Assembly (NCBI GenBank): GCA_965113315.1
Contig: OZ220371.1
DNA length: 64,000 bases
Direction: 5' to 3' (one strand)
DNA from: Podarcis vaucheri
Lineage: Eukaryota
Positions 13,251 through 25,516 of the stretch are shown here, one piece after another. Each line of letters starts with the position of its first letter. Within the stretch, counting starts at the first letter, position 1. The notes beneath the pieces were generated by a model. The model searched no databases. It saw nothing but the letters and a program-made list of their open reading frames with translations, and had not been told where the DNA came from. Both the position numbers and the translations under genes were made by a program.

Positions 13251-13612
13251 TCCGAAACCAGGGAAAAGAGACGGCGGAAGAAGATTGGAAGAAATTCAAG
13301 AATTATCTTAAGAAACATTGTAAAATTAATGAATGTTAGAATGATGTGGCTTTAGAAATTAAGTCGATTACAGCTGTAAGGATTAAGTTAAAAGAAAAGA
13401 AAAGTTAAAATTAGAGAAAATTAAGGGTGAGGATTTGCTGAATTGAAGTTTGAAATTGGAATGCAGAAAGGGGAGGTATGAGGAGGTCGGAGAAGTAAGT
13501 TATATGAAAATAAGGGTTTGAAATTATACTTGTTTTTGTTTTGTTTTGTTTGTGTTTGTTTGTATTGTTGTGTTTGTTTGTATAATTTGTGAAACTTTAA
13601 TAAATATCTTAT
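13247..13612 (+). mobile_element. L1-type LINE 3' fragment (A-rich tail continues at 14212-14225)
   Basis: The plus strand encodes IRNQGKETAEEDWKKFKNYLKKHCKINEC* (W..F..YL terminus typical of squamate L1 ORF2). It is followed by a GT/T-rich 3'UTR and AATAAA at ~13599. Confidence 0.7.
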
Positions 13613-14198
13613 GTTGAAATCAAACCTTTATTAGGCATTGTACAAATAAAACCATAAAAGAGAAAATAACATGTAAGTGACTTGAAATATATATAAAAAG
13701 GCAGCGGTTGGCTACATACATATATATATATATACATATAGAGTCAGTGGTTTTCCTTGTTAACCTGCTCCTTGGAGGGCTGCTACCAAAAACTCAGCTA
13801 CCCCCGCCGTTACCCTTTGGTCAACGTCGGATAGGCAGAATCCCACACATTCACCTTGCTGGGGTTCCAGGCCACCCAAAAGAGGGGACAGCACGCGTTG
13901 ACGGAGCGTACTGTACAATGGGCAATGAAAGAGAATATGCTCTACAGTGTCCGGGACATTCATAGAACATCTGCAGAGTCTCTTGTTTCTAGGGATGTTT
14001 TGATATCTTCCCCAGACAAATGCTGAGGGAAAAACATTCAACTGGGCCAGCATAAAAGCCCTACGTTGGGCTGGAATTATTAATTTAGTGACGTAATTGG
14101 CTCTGCTATCTAAGATATTTAAATCATAGAATATGGGGGAGCAAATTTTGTTTACAGCTGCCATAATATTTTGTCTCTCGACATCCTTTAGTCTAGTT
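13613..14198 (-). mobile_element. RTE-X-like LINE, 5'-truncated
   Basis: The minus-strand ORF has GRYQNIPRNKRLCRCSMNVPDTVEHILFHCPLYSTLR (C-terminal CCHC finger). The 3' end reads AATAAAGGTTTGATTTCAAC. Flanked by a perfect 13-bp direct repeat ATAAATATCTTAT (13600-13612 and 14199-14211). Confidence 0.82.
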
Positions 14199-14221
14199 AT
14201 AAATATCTTATAAAAAAAAGA

Positions 14222-14405
14222 AGAATGTGATCTCACAGCGAGGACCCCGTAAGGGATTCTGAACCCGCTGGAGTTTCTGGGTCAGTCTCAAGGGCAGCCC
14301 CATGTAGAGTGTGTTACAATAATCCAGTCTGGAGGTGACCATCACAGTGGCTAGGTCAGGGCGAAAGAGGTAAGGAGCCAACTGCGTAGCTTCTAGCCTA
14401 TGCCA
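14222..14405 (-). mobile_element. L2 LINE, upstream part of the element at 12708-13250
   Basis: The minus strand encodes QLAPYLFRPDLATVMVTSRLDYCNTLYMGLPLRLTQKLQRVQN then LTGSSL*DHI, which directly precedes PVL..LHWL in L2 ORF2. Confidence 0.9.
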
Positions 14406-14499
14406 GGTCACGTAACCCAAAAGCCTGTTTTGCTGCTACATGGTACAATGAAGAATTAACATGGTATGGCCAAAGCATTAAACAAATCTTTGTTAGATG

Positions 14500-14632
14500 T
14501 ACAGCAGCTCTGAGTGCTCTCGTGCTCAAATCCTGCTTATAGGCTTCCCATAGGAATCGGGTTGGCCACTGTGAGAACAGGACCAGATGGGCCACTGGCC
14601 TGATGCAGCAGGCTGATTTTTTGTTCTTATAA
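14500..14632 (+). mobile_element. CR1-type LINE 3' end
   Basis: GGTTGGCCACTGTGAGAACAGGA..AGATGGGCCACTGGCCTGATGCAGCAGGCT...TGTTCTTA. Confidence 0.7.
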
Positions 14633-14904
14633 GCATAGTCAGGTTCAGACTCACATGATGATAGTAATTTTAGGGTTCCATTGCTTCTTCCCTGCTCCAG
14701 GATTCTGGTGATGGAGAACAAACATCCATTCAGTCCTCCCTCCCTGACTACTTTGCTTTTCACTGAGTATGTTTCAAAGGAAGCACTGATTAGTCTACCA
14801 ATGTACATTATTTCATTAGAACTTTTATTTTTCTCCAAATCACTGAATTACACTTTTCTTTAAATCACACTAGTTCACTATGCTCTAACATAGCGATTCC
14901 TTCA

Positions 14905-14962
14905 TTGCAGGGCTTTGGAGTAGATGAGTCTTGGGGTCCCTTCCAACTCTACAATTATATGA
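14905..14962 (+). mobile_element. CR1 LINE extreme 3' end
   Basis: TTGGAGTAGATGAGTCTTGGGGTCCCTTCCAACTCTACAATTATATGA matches the CR1 terminal GGTCCCTTCCAAC motif. Confidence 0.7.
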
Positions 14963-16049
14963 ACAACATACATTTTTGCATTGCAAATCAAAGCATTGGA
15001 ATTAACTGTGTTTGCTCTTTTCTGCACTGGATGCCTGTAGTTGAGAGAAAGCCTGAGTCACTCTCTGAAAAGTGCATTTATATACTAAAGTACAATCAAC
15101 AGCAGTGAGTCTCGGGGTTTTTTTATGCCAGACTGAAATGCTGAGTAAGAAAGAAGTATTAAAAGAGAAAACTACATCTGCTTATTTAACATAACAGAAC
15201 GGTGGCATGAAAAATCACAGAGACTTGCTAATGAGAAATGTGCGAAGAGATTTCTGTTGGAAAGTACATGATGTACCTGAGGAAATAAAACAAACAGAAA
15301 AAAGGCTTACAGTATACATGAGATGATGAGTACCTCAAGCAGTCTAAATTAAAAAGGCATTAAAAAAAAGGGAGAGACAGACAGACTGTGGAGCTTTTTT
15401 AAAAAACTAGAAAAGTGATGGCTTGCTTTCCCAGGAAAGTAGGTCAGGATAAATGGAGGCAAAAGTTTGGTAGACCATGGCACAATGACCGCTCCCCACA
15501 TAAAACGGGGAGCGCCCTTTGCGTGGACGTGCGCAGCCCCCGGATCTGGAGCGGCTCCATCAGCATAGGGTGAAATATATACACAACCAGCAAAAAGACC
15601 CAGAAATATATAAATACATACAATGGTGGTGCATGTTACGTAGGAATCCTCATTGTGCAATTTATTACAATATTTCATGGCAGAAAGACCAGGTGAATAC
15701 AATCACTTTGAATATGCTTTATTTGCTCTGTTTGATATCACCACACAACCAAGTCTTATCGTATTTAGTGTGACATCACTCTAGATGGAAATAAGCCCTA
15801 AACTGCAAAAGTGGAAGAAAATAGGGACCAGGAGATGACATGGTTGCCAGGCAAACATGAATACATCCCACACTGTTAATAGGAAGAAATAGAGGATATA
15901 TGCATGGTTGCTGAATAATCACACACATGATTTACCCAGTTTACTTTCCCCTCCCTTTTAGTTTAACCACAACTTAGTCCAGTCAATGTAAAGTCATGTG
16001 GATACACCCAGCAGAAATTTTCCTCCCAGCACCTTTACCTAGTGCAGGA

Positions 16050-16467
16050 ATAAATGAGCAATGGCTCTCCAGATGTTGCTGGACCACCACTCCCATATAC
16101 CATGACCAATGGTCATGCTGGTGGGAGTTGTTGGAAAGAGGAATCCAACAACATTTGGAAGGTCAGAGAGGAAGTAGTGCTGCTAACTGGTACCAGAAGA
16201 AAACATCTCATGCACTTGGATGTGGCAAAAGAGGCAAGTTATTAATAAATTAAAACTATTTTTTAAAGGGGTGAGGTAAGGCATAGAAGAGTGATGAGAA
16301 ACACATAAGGCTTTATAGCAATACTGCAGGGGTAGCCAGCACAGTGCCCCACACATAATTCAACTGGAATCCACTGTCCATCACCCTCAGCCAGCATGCC
16401 CGATGGTCAGGGATAATGGGATTTGTAGTCCAACAACATCTAGGAGGCAGCACTTTGGGAACCCCTG
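16050..16467. mobile_element. Two palindromic hAT MITEs (~16050-16170 and 16327-16467)
   Basis: CCAGATGTTGCTGGACCACCACTCCC...GGGAGTTG, and CAGGGGTAGCCA...GGGATTTGTAGTCCAACAACATCT...GGAACCCCTG with CAGGGG/CCCCTG termini. Confidence 0.75.
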
Positions 16468-18454
16468 CCAAACTCACAAGGATCCAGTGATTGGCATATC
16501 AGCCAGTGTAATAAAGTAGTTTGAAACTACTGCTGCAGCTACTGCTACATCATCACCATCCAAGATGCCATTTGATTTTGCATTGGTCAGTATACAGCTT
16601 TTTTTAGTTCTGTCTTTTTAAAAAGGAAAGGAAAGGAAACTCTTGAAAAAGAAAATGCATTATTTGGCAATAATTCTCATAGTAATAAGACAAGGCTATG
16701 GAACCGGGTGAGAAGAAGATGAATGTTGGGGAAAGAGGATGAGAGGATGTAAATACAGCTCCATAACCTTCAGCTACGTGGAGCCTGAGGCTCAGAGGGA
16801 AAGCGCTTATTGAATGTGTCTGAGGGCATCACATACACTCTAAACATTAAGAAGATGACAGCCGCCAGATCAGAGTGTAGACCAATGTTCAAAAGAATAT
16901 CTGCCTCCCCCCCCCCCGCCCCAGCATCGCCTCTGCCTCTTAAACTAATATATGGAATCAAAGGACTTCAGTAAGTCATCTTCCATCTGCCTCAGGGTTA
17001 AAGAATGCAAGATCTGCCGCTTGGGGGTCTCTGGTTGGCTCCCTGCAGACTCCCCTAATGGTCTAAGGGCACAAAAATAATGCAATTTGTCAGGAAGGGA
17101 CAAATGCTGTAATAACAATGCTCATCTAAACTGGGGCAACAGCTTGGTTTAATTGTCACTGCAAGACACTCTAGCTGAAGTTAAAGGCTTGGAAGAGGGG
17201 AGTATAGAAAATACCTTATTTGACCATCCTTTATGGAGAATTTCAGGGAAACCAAGTGTTGGGTTCCCCTGGGAGCTAAGTACAGAGGGCCAGTGACAGG
17301 GAAGATTAATACATCTCACTGCCACTGACAGTTCTAACTTAAATAGGGGATATTATCATACCTTTTTGCTTTAAATGCAAGAGTTATTGCCTTTTTTAAA
17401 AAAAGAGATACTTTGTGCTGTGCAAAAACTTGGACAGGCCCAAAGTGGGCAGAGATTGGCAGAACAACATACCTTTAAATGGCAAGAATGTTTCATATAG
17501 TTTACTTTGTAAGAGACATTCTAAACCAATAGAAGCTTGAATTTTGTCTCTCAGGACTTGAAGGTACAAAACAGGCAGTCTTCAATTATATAGTTCAAAG
17601 CAATGAGTCACATGCAGGAGATAGTATAGTGAGCCCCACAGTATTACAAATGCAGAATAGGACCAGCAGATAGTAGACTAGTTATTGAACTCAATCTGAA
17701 ACCCTATATGGATCAATGTATTGCCCATGAAAGGCTAGCCAAGACTTTTTGGTGTGCAGGGATGAAAATATAATAATGAAAATAGGGTAGACTCCACTGA
17801 GGTTTTGTACATCCCGGTTTGAAATTAATTTGGCCTGTGAAAGACCGTTTCCCAGTGGATTATGTCCCTTTTTGCTGCTCTTAAATGGCACCCAAATCTA
17901 GTTCTTGGAAGGGCCAGCAGAAAAGCTTCCTTTTCATAACATAAAAAGAAAATTGTGGGTGGGGAAACTCCATACACATATAAACCTGAGTTATGAATGA
18001 TGATGTCTCTGATGCTCAAGTGCAACTTGTGGACATGCAAGGCTTCTTCAATTATCCTCACAGTGGCAAAAAATGAACCACTGCTTATGAACTGCTTTCA
18101 TGCCAAGTTACATCTAGTCCATCATTCTGTCTTCAACAGCACTGGTGTCCAAGTTGCATGTCTTTCCCATAAGGAAAATCCTATGTTGTGGGTGGCAACT
18201 TTATTGTGGCAAAATGAGGAGCTGAGTGCATTGCGCCAACCTCTCTATGTGTGGAGTGCATAGCTATGCATCACTTCATTAAAAGCCTCACTTTTCCTGA
18301 CCACTAATAGTTAAACTAAGATGTGAATTGTAAGGTCACTGTAATTATATGTCCAAGGTTTCATCTGGATGGCCAGATCACATTGTCCGCATCAACACAC
18401 ATGTCTCTATGTTATATTTTGCACCTGCATTTATGTGTCAGTCCCCATCCCCCG

Positions 18455-18455
18455 T

Positions 18456-18486
<31 letters not shown>
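18455..18486. repeat. (TTTC)n microsatellite
   Basis: Seen directly. Confidence 0.95.
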
Positions 18487-18487
<1 letters not shown>

Positions 18488-19294
18488 GTCTTCTAGAATT
18501 TTATCAGGCCTGAATATTATCAACACTTTTCTTTGGCTGAGGTTTTCTATAATTCACTGAGAGAGATCAATCCACTGATTAAGATTGAATGTGATTTCTT
18601 GTCCTTATTTCTTTTTTCTTTTCTTTTTTCTAAAATGGGAATGAGCCCTTTGTGAGCAACATGATGTACTAAAGACATTTTAGTGACCAAAAGAATTCAA
18701 CGGATTGCATAGCAGCATGAAGATAAAATTAATTGGGTCTTCTTTCATGGTATCGGTTCCAAATGCTGTTAAAAAGGATTTGTGTTTTTAAGATGAGCTA
18801 GGGAAATGTCATTTCATAACATCCCCTCCCTTTTCTCCTCTTCCCCCAGCCCTCCATTTGTGCTATTGCTGTCTTTTTGCTTCTATATTCAGAAACACTT
18901 TACCATGTCCTCCTCTATTCACTGTTTAGCACGATTAGTTTCGTATTCTCTGGAAAATGAACAATCCGTTCCCCGAAGATGCCAATTATTTGGCTCCTTC
19001 AAAGCTTTTTGCTTGGAACATCAGTTGAGGAACATAAAAACAAACTCAGAAAGAGGTGAGCAAGCATCTTCTCTCCATGAGCTTCAGATTTTTAGAGGTC
19101 TGAACACAGCATTTTTTTATATCTTTATAAAAAGAAAACCATACTTAAAGCTAAAACAACAAAACAGAAAGCAAACAAATCATGAAGGCTCTTTTGGACA
19201 GAAAACTCAAAATTGATTATGGTGGTCTTCACATACATTTTTATCACCATGCTAACACTGTGAAAATATATTTCTCATAATAAAAATTAGGAGT

Positions 19295-19400
19295 GTGGGA
19301 AGCTTTCTTATACTGAGTCAGACTATTGGCCCATCTAGTTCAAAACTGCCTGCACTAACCAGCAAAGGCTCTCCAGGATTTTCAGCAGGGGTCTCTAGAT
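19295..19400 (-). mobile_element. tRNA-derived SINE 3' fragment (Squam2-like)
   Basis: TTATACTGAGTCAGACTATTGGCCCATCTAG...GGCTCTCCAGG. Similar fragment at 22275-22380. Confidence 0.65.
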
Positions 19401-19791
19401 GATTAATTTATGGGGAGAAGGAGGTGTCGCATATCCCAGTGTCCTGCAGAGATAACCACATTGTCTGTTTGTTCATCTTAGTGTTTCATTTCTGGATCAA
19501 AAGGAATGAGTTACACAGTCCTTACAACATTCAGCTGCTACCACCTACCTCTGTGGCTGATAATGCAAGTTAGAGATGCTCTGTGATACAGATGCCAGAG
19601 AGTCATTACTAATATATTGCAGACATGTGACTTGTAGTTTGCAGGTGGGCTCACTTGCACAAGTTATTCTCTCTGCACACACTTCTACTTGTGAAAATGT
19701 TTATACCTCTGGGGACCTGATATCATGTGTAGATGGGATAGTGTGGTAGCCAAAAACTTGTCAGCACATCCAACAGCAGTACAATTTAGAG

Positions 19792-19926
19792 CAGCGGTTC
19801 TCAACCCATGGGTCCCCAGATGTTGGACTACAACTCACATCATCCCTGAGCTCTGGCCTTGCTAGCTAGGGGTGATGGGAGTTGTAGTTCAACAACATCT
19901 GGGGACCCACAGGTTGAGAAAGGCTG
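19792..19926. mobile_element. Complete palindromic hAT MITE with 8-bp TSD
   Basis: Termini CAGCGGTTCTCAACC ... GGTTGAGAAAGGCTG and a near-whole-length inverted repeat. Perfect TSD ATTTAGAG at 19784-19791 and 19927-19934. Confidence 0.92.
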
Positions 19927-20164
19927 ATTTAGAGGGTTCTATCCCTGAACTATTAAGCTCTGTCCCTTTTACTCATTGCATGCAGCCCAGAGCTACCAGA
20001 CTCTACCCACAAAGCTACCCAAGTACCAAAAGATTGTCTTTCAAAAACAGGCAGTTCCCCAAACTCAACTTGGACATTCACCCTCACTATGTGAGAAGGG
20101 GAAATGGACTGTAAATATAGTAGTGTCTCCCACCAGTAAGAAGCAAAGGCATTTTAGTCTAATA

Positions 20165-20640
20165 ACGATGATGATGATTTTACTATTTATACCCTGTCCA
20201 TTAGGCTGGATTGGCCCAGCCACTCTAGGTGGCTTCCAACACATTTAAAAACAATAAAACGTCAAATGTTAAAAACCTCCCAACATAGGACTGCCGTCAG
20301 ATGTCTTCTAAAAGTTGTGTAGTTCTTTATCTCCTTGACTTTTGATGGGAGAGCATTCCACAGGGAGGCTGCCACTGCCAAGAAGGCCCTCTGCCTGGAT
20401 CCTTGTAACCTCACTTCTCACGTTGATTAGGGTTGCCATACATCTGGAATTTTCCGGACATAGCTGTTATTCGGCCGTCGGAAACATTGTCTGGGTGGAA
20501 ATTACTAAAAATGTCCAGGAAAATCCAGATGTATGGCAACCCATGTCGGAAGTGTAGATTTTGGTGAATTTCCTTAAAAATATCTCACTTTTTGAAATAT
20601 GGCAACCCTACAAGTGAAGGAACCACCAGAAGACCCTTGG
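20165..20640 (-). mobile_element. L2 3' fragment interrupted by a MITE
   Basis: L2 tail TATTTATACCC...CACTCTAGGTGGCTTCCAAC and GAGCATTCCACAGGGAGG..GCCACTGCCAAGAAGGCCCT (antisense to RAFSV..P.LWN). Resumes at ~20611. Confidence 0.7.
20428..20610. mobile_element. MITE with TAGGGTTGCCATA TIRs (hAT-like)
   Basis: Perfect 13-bp TIR TAGGGTTGCCATA / TATGGCAACCCTA, with an extra internal TATGGCAACCC at ~20532. Related degenerate copy at ~43928-44051. Confidence 0.8.
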
Positions 20641-23600
20641 TACATGACTTGCAGTCTTGTCTTAACCAAAACAGCTAGATAGCTCAGGACTTGCTTTTTA
20701 ACAATGTGGCGTCAAGTGCTAAATTTTTTCTTTCCTTACTTAAAAACCTCCAGTTTTATGGTTTCCTGATTAGCTCCACAAATGGCATTCACAGCCTTTT
20801 AAACAGCAGTAGCAGCTCCTCACAAATGGATGGCGAATTTTAACAGCGATCACGACATATGTTTATCTCTGTTTTATCGCCAGTCCATAATTCTCCTTTC
20901 AGGCTTGAATGAGGTAATCTGCTCACCTTTCAGCAAACTCTGCGATATGGAAAGAATTTAGTTGTGCGGGGGGCACCCTAATGAAATGGAAACCGATTAG
21001 AAAGTAAACAACCACAGCCTGAAATATGCCTTTGGACTGTGGCATAATGCATGGGAACAGAGTATATTTATAGTCTACCGAGGCCTGTCTTCTACTACAA
21101 TAACAGGAACATCATTTACTAAACAAACACCAGCTGCCCATATATCTCTGACACCTGACCGTTTTGTAGAGCCCGGAAAGCTTCATCAAACACAGCCGTC
21201 TATTAAGGGGTAGAAGTAAAGCTTTTAGTGTTAATAATAAAAAATAAATAAATAACTTGGCTTAAGGCTACCCTGAAGGTTGTCCTTTTTTTATTTTATG
21301 ATCTTTTCCCTAGGAACAGCAAAGCGATTTGTCATAGCCACGATAGGTACACAGTACCAGCAAATGAACGATTTTATGAGTCAACCCTTTGCAGGCTGGC
21401 ATTCCACTGGAGAAGTGTGCATCTCCAAACATGCAATGCAGCAGACGGCAAGGGGTTCAGGGCTAACTCACTGCTCCCTTAATCTCTGTGCTTTCTGTTC
21501 CATAAGTGACACCCCACACAGAGACAGAGGCACCCATTACAGGAACGAAATGGGAAACCTTTCCAAATGTCAACCTCTTGCCCCCTTTCACTGCTGGAAT
21601 ACAGCTTCCAAGCTCAAGTGCTTTCCTTTGTACTGAATCTACCACCAATCACTTTCACTAGGTAACCCTGAGATCCAGAATGACGAGAGAGGGGTAATTT
21701 CCCCCCCACATTAGTTTCTTCCACAATTTTATAATTTTAGTATTTTGTAGAAGCCAATCGTGTTTTCTCAAATCATCATTTTTTAATCCCCCTAAACTAG
21801 AAAGCTTGAAAAAACCCTTCTTAATGGCACCATTATTGTTCTTCAGTATTTTATGAGATTGGCCCTGCATTCAAAAGGTGGGTGGAAGATAGATTTATAT
21901 AAGAGAATGTGTGGAATGCAGTGTGGAATGCTCTGCTCACAGTTCTAGCCAGCCATGCCTTCTTCCAGAGTATTCCATTCCATTCTGCCTACAATATCTC
22001 ATCTATCCCTCTCTACAACTTTCAGTCAGCATTCAATGGTCACTGAGTTGTGCTTGTTTTTGGTCCCCCACTTAGGGGTCCCACAAGTATTATTTCTGGG
22101 GGAGGGGAGAGAGGTTATTCTGCAAATTTTGAGGTTCCCCCAGTCCTGATGCCTCCCTTTTGTGCAAGGATGGTGCCATTTTAGCTACATATGGACACAC
22201 ACTTAAGTGAATTTGTTTCACTATGAGTGTATAGGATAAAGCCATGGTGGTGCTTGTCATTTTATCTTCAGCAACATAGGGAGCAGCTTTACAATGAGTC
22301 AGACTATTGGTCTATCTAGCTCAGTATTGCTGGTATTGATTGGCAGAGGCTTTCTTGGGCATCTCCCAGTCCTACCTGGAAAGCCCAGCCTATTCAGATC
22401 TCATCTGTGTGAGATGTCTAGCTGGAATTTATTTTTGTGCCTGTGTGCATCATTTTACACAGAACCTCTGCAATTCATTTAAAAGACACCACTCACTTTA
22501 CCTCTCCTACCTGAAGATATTGTTTTGTATACAAACTGTTTCTGCCTTGAGTTCTATAGTACAGATGAAAGTGGATAATCCCTCAGAGTAGCTGAAAAGT
22601 CAATGCACCAGAGGTCAGGAGTAATGGAATTACTGCATTTGAAGCAATGGACACGGCTGATGGGAAGGACTCTCCAGTTTCAAATGGATCTCTGCTTCTC
22701 TACTAAATTTGACATAATCTAGTTATTATCAAAAGACAGCAGGAAAATGAAGACAACGTGACTTTGCCTAATTTCTCATAGCGATGTATCTGTTACTTCC
22801 TAGCTTCAGACAGACCTATTTCCCCTCTTAGCTTTGAATAGACTATTTCTCAAAATACTGTAGGGTTGGTTCTGTGTTTATGTGTAAAGCAGATGATATC
22901 AAAATCTAATTTTTCTTTCCCTCTGTATGTATTAATAGCTTCAGCAATTTCTCCTGTAATAATAGACTTAAGATGATGAACAGGGCAGAGCAGAGATAAT
23001 TCTCATCAGAAAAAGGAGGAAACTTAAATGAAGAGACCACTTAATAAAAGGTTGCTCGCCTAATAATTTTAAAGAATGATGCCAACAATCTGGAACAGAT
23101 TCAGAAGAAAGCTGCAGGGATAATGAAAAGCACTGACTGGTAGAAGGATTGATTATGTTTTGCCTAAACACACTCCCCAGTCCCCTTTTCTGACCTGCCC
23201 CCCTTTCCTCCAGCCTCAACATTTCTCCTCAATTCAATAGCCTTTATGGGAGACAGAAAGTGGGAGGTGCTACTCCCTGAATCCTCTCAGCAGTGCAGGA
23301 TACCATTGATCATGGCATTTATTACTTTTATATAATTAATTAATAATATTTCTGTATTGCTTTTTAATGAAAACATGTTTTTATATTGCTGAACATCACC
23401 TTGATATTTTATGATAAGGCAGGATATAAATGCTTTTATTTATAAAATGAATGAATAAGAATGTTAGCACCCTTCATCATTTAAACAGCTTCCCTAATAG
23501 CAGTTCCTACAAAAAAAAAACAAAAAAAAAACACTTGCTGTAACCTAGCACAGAGACTATTACATCCTATCACTTTCCTGATAATGAAGCCTTTGGTTTG

Positions 23601-24164
23601 GTCAGTTACATGGTAGACTATTGAAGCTTTAACTTTTTACTGGAAAATGACTTTATCAAAATCTGCAAAGTGCTGAAAGGACAGAGACCCTCAAGACAGA
23701 CACTCTACCACGCTTGTTTATTTTTAACCTCCCTCTCTGTTCTTTCTTAAAGTGTTCAGTTGTGATGTCTAAAGTCAAACAGAAGCCAGGAGTGCCATGC
23801 ATTTTAAAAGCACTCAGACTGAAAGATTGACATATCTAGTGACTGAGCAGAATGCTAAGGTTGTATATGCCTCTAGGCCCAAACAGATTTACTTTCATGT
23901 GGCTGTCTGGCGTCTATAAATTCCCAACAAAGTGGACTTTCTTCCTGCAGTCCCCTTTCCTCCCCTCCCCAGCTGCAATCTCCAGCACAACAACCCAACG
24001 CCATTCTTCGTAATTGGAAATGTTCCTTTTCAGAGCCGGTGCCAAAAACTGCTGCTGGAAATGACAGCCATTTACGGTGTCTGTTGTTGGCCCATTTTGG
24101 AAGCTGTACTTTTCTTGTCAATACTGAGCTTCTTTTCTACAGTATTTTCAGAAATATTCAGCTA

Positions 24165-24480
24165 ACCCTGTGGTTTTCAAACTGTGTTCTGGGGAACCGT
24201 GGGGTTATGTGGAAGTTTACTAGGGCCTTGTCAATCAGGAGATCAGAAATGTTTGACAAGCTTCCCTGAATACAACTTGTCCATCACTATCCCATTGAAC
24301 TGCACAGCCACAGGGGCCTGTGTTCTACAAGGGGGAGGGGCACATTGAGACCTCAATGCCTGTGATTTGAGTGATAAGAATCAAATAACCTTTTGTTCTG
24401 CTACATTTGCCTCTGGCCCCATCCACCACTGGCATATGGCCCCTGGAAGAGGCTTCTTGGCTGAAAAAAGGTCCCCACTA
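24165..24480. mobile_element. Old hAT/Charlie-like fragments
   Basis: CTGTGGTTTTCAAACTGTGTTC and GGCCCC...GGCTGAAAAAAGGTCCCCAC terminal-like motifs. Confidence 0.4.
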
Positions 24481-25465
24481 TTACTATTACTCTGCCTAAA
24501 ACATGACCTCAAAACCTCTGCAAAATGCCAGGTCTCCCTGGCAAATGATATGCAGAATTCCTTGGCGTTAATGAAGGAATGGCAATGTGGAAACCTAGAA
24601 AGCTTAAAAAAAATACATCACTCGGCTACTCCATACTGCTAAATTTCTTCCAAAAGTACTGAAATCCAGTTACCCCATTAATAAACTTTGTCCAGGACCT
24701 GGATATGAAACCTGCTTCGCAATAAAAGGAGAGGCACAAAGCTAGTTTATCTCCTGATTACAATCCCTAAATGCCATTTTTGGAGGATCATGGAAGATCT
24801 GGCCCTGTGATTTGGGAATTGATATGTTTGGACAATGCAGCAAAGATTCTGCACTATTTAGTGTTCACCCAAACAGTCTGCAGAGTTTTACCAAACTCTA
24901 TCAGTAACCAGTCATTATTAATTTGCTCATAGAAAGTGGACAGGCCAGAAGGACAAAACACGTTCTTCCAGATTTTCAAAATGTTATTTGTTGATGGTGA
25001 GAGAAAAAATCCGGAGATCACTTTGGAGCTTAACAACAAATATGCCTTATTGGACAGCAATTGTACCTGTCATGCGTAGTAAAAGATACAATTTCTGCAA
25101 TTTTACATGGTGGCAACATTTTTGGGCTATGCCATTTCAGACTGCAGGGAGCTGGTTGCACTTTTGAATGCTTTGCATGTAGATAAGTAGAAGATTAGGA
25201 AGGGGGTCCTCACCTACTGCTCTCTGTACCTTTTTCTAGGTACAGGGCCTTTTTTAAACTAGATGAGGCCACATTAAAATGTGCAACTCCTCTACTTGCA
25301 ATCTGAACTGATGATAGTTCCAGAAGGAGTCTGCCAACTGATTTTGCTGATTTTGTGGGCATTGATCCTTACGAGTTCTTTCAGGTTCTTCCCTGAACAT
25401 TTATCCCTTTCAGTAACAAGACCTCCAGCTTGTTCAAGTCTATTTCGGAAGCAGAAGAAGAGAGG

Positions 25466-25516
<51 letters not shown>

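Noticed and set aside
12854-13339. 161-aa plus-strand ORF as a gene
   Set aside because: Chimera of antisense L2 sequence and the last ~30 codons of an L1-type ORF, created by the nested insertion.
13760-14236. 158-aa zinc-finger-like ORF as a host gene
   Set aside because: It is the C-terminus of a truncated RTE-X LINE; its apparent N-terminus reads through the TSD and L1 tail.
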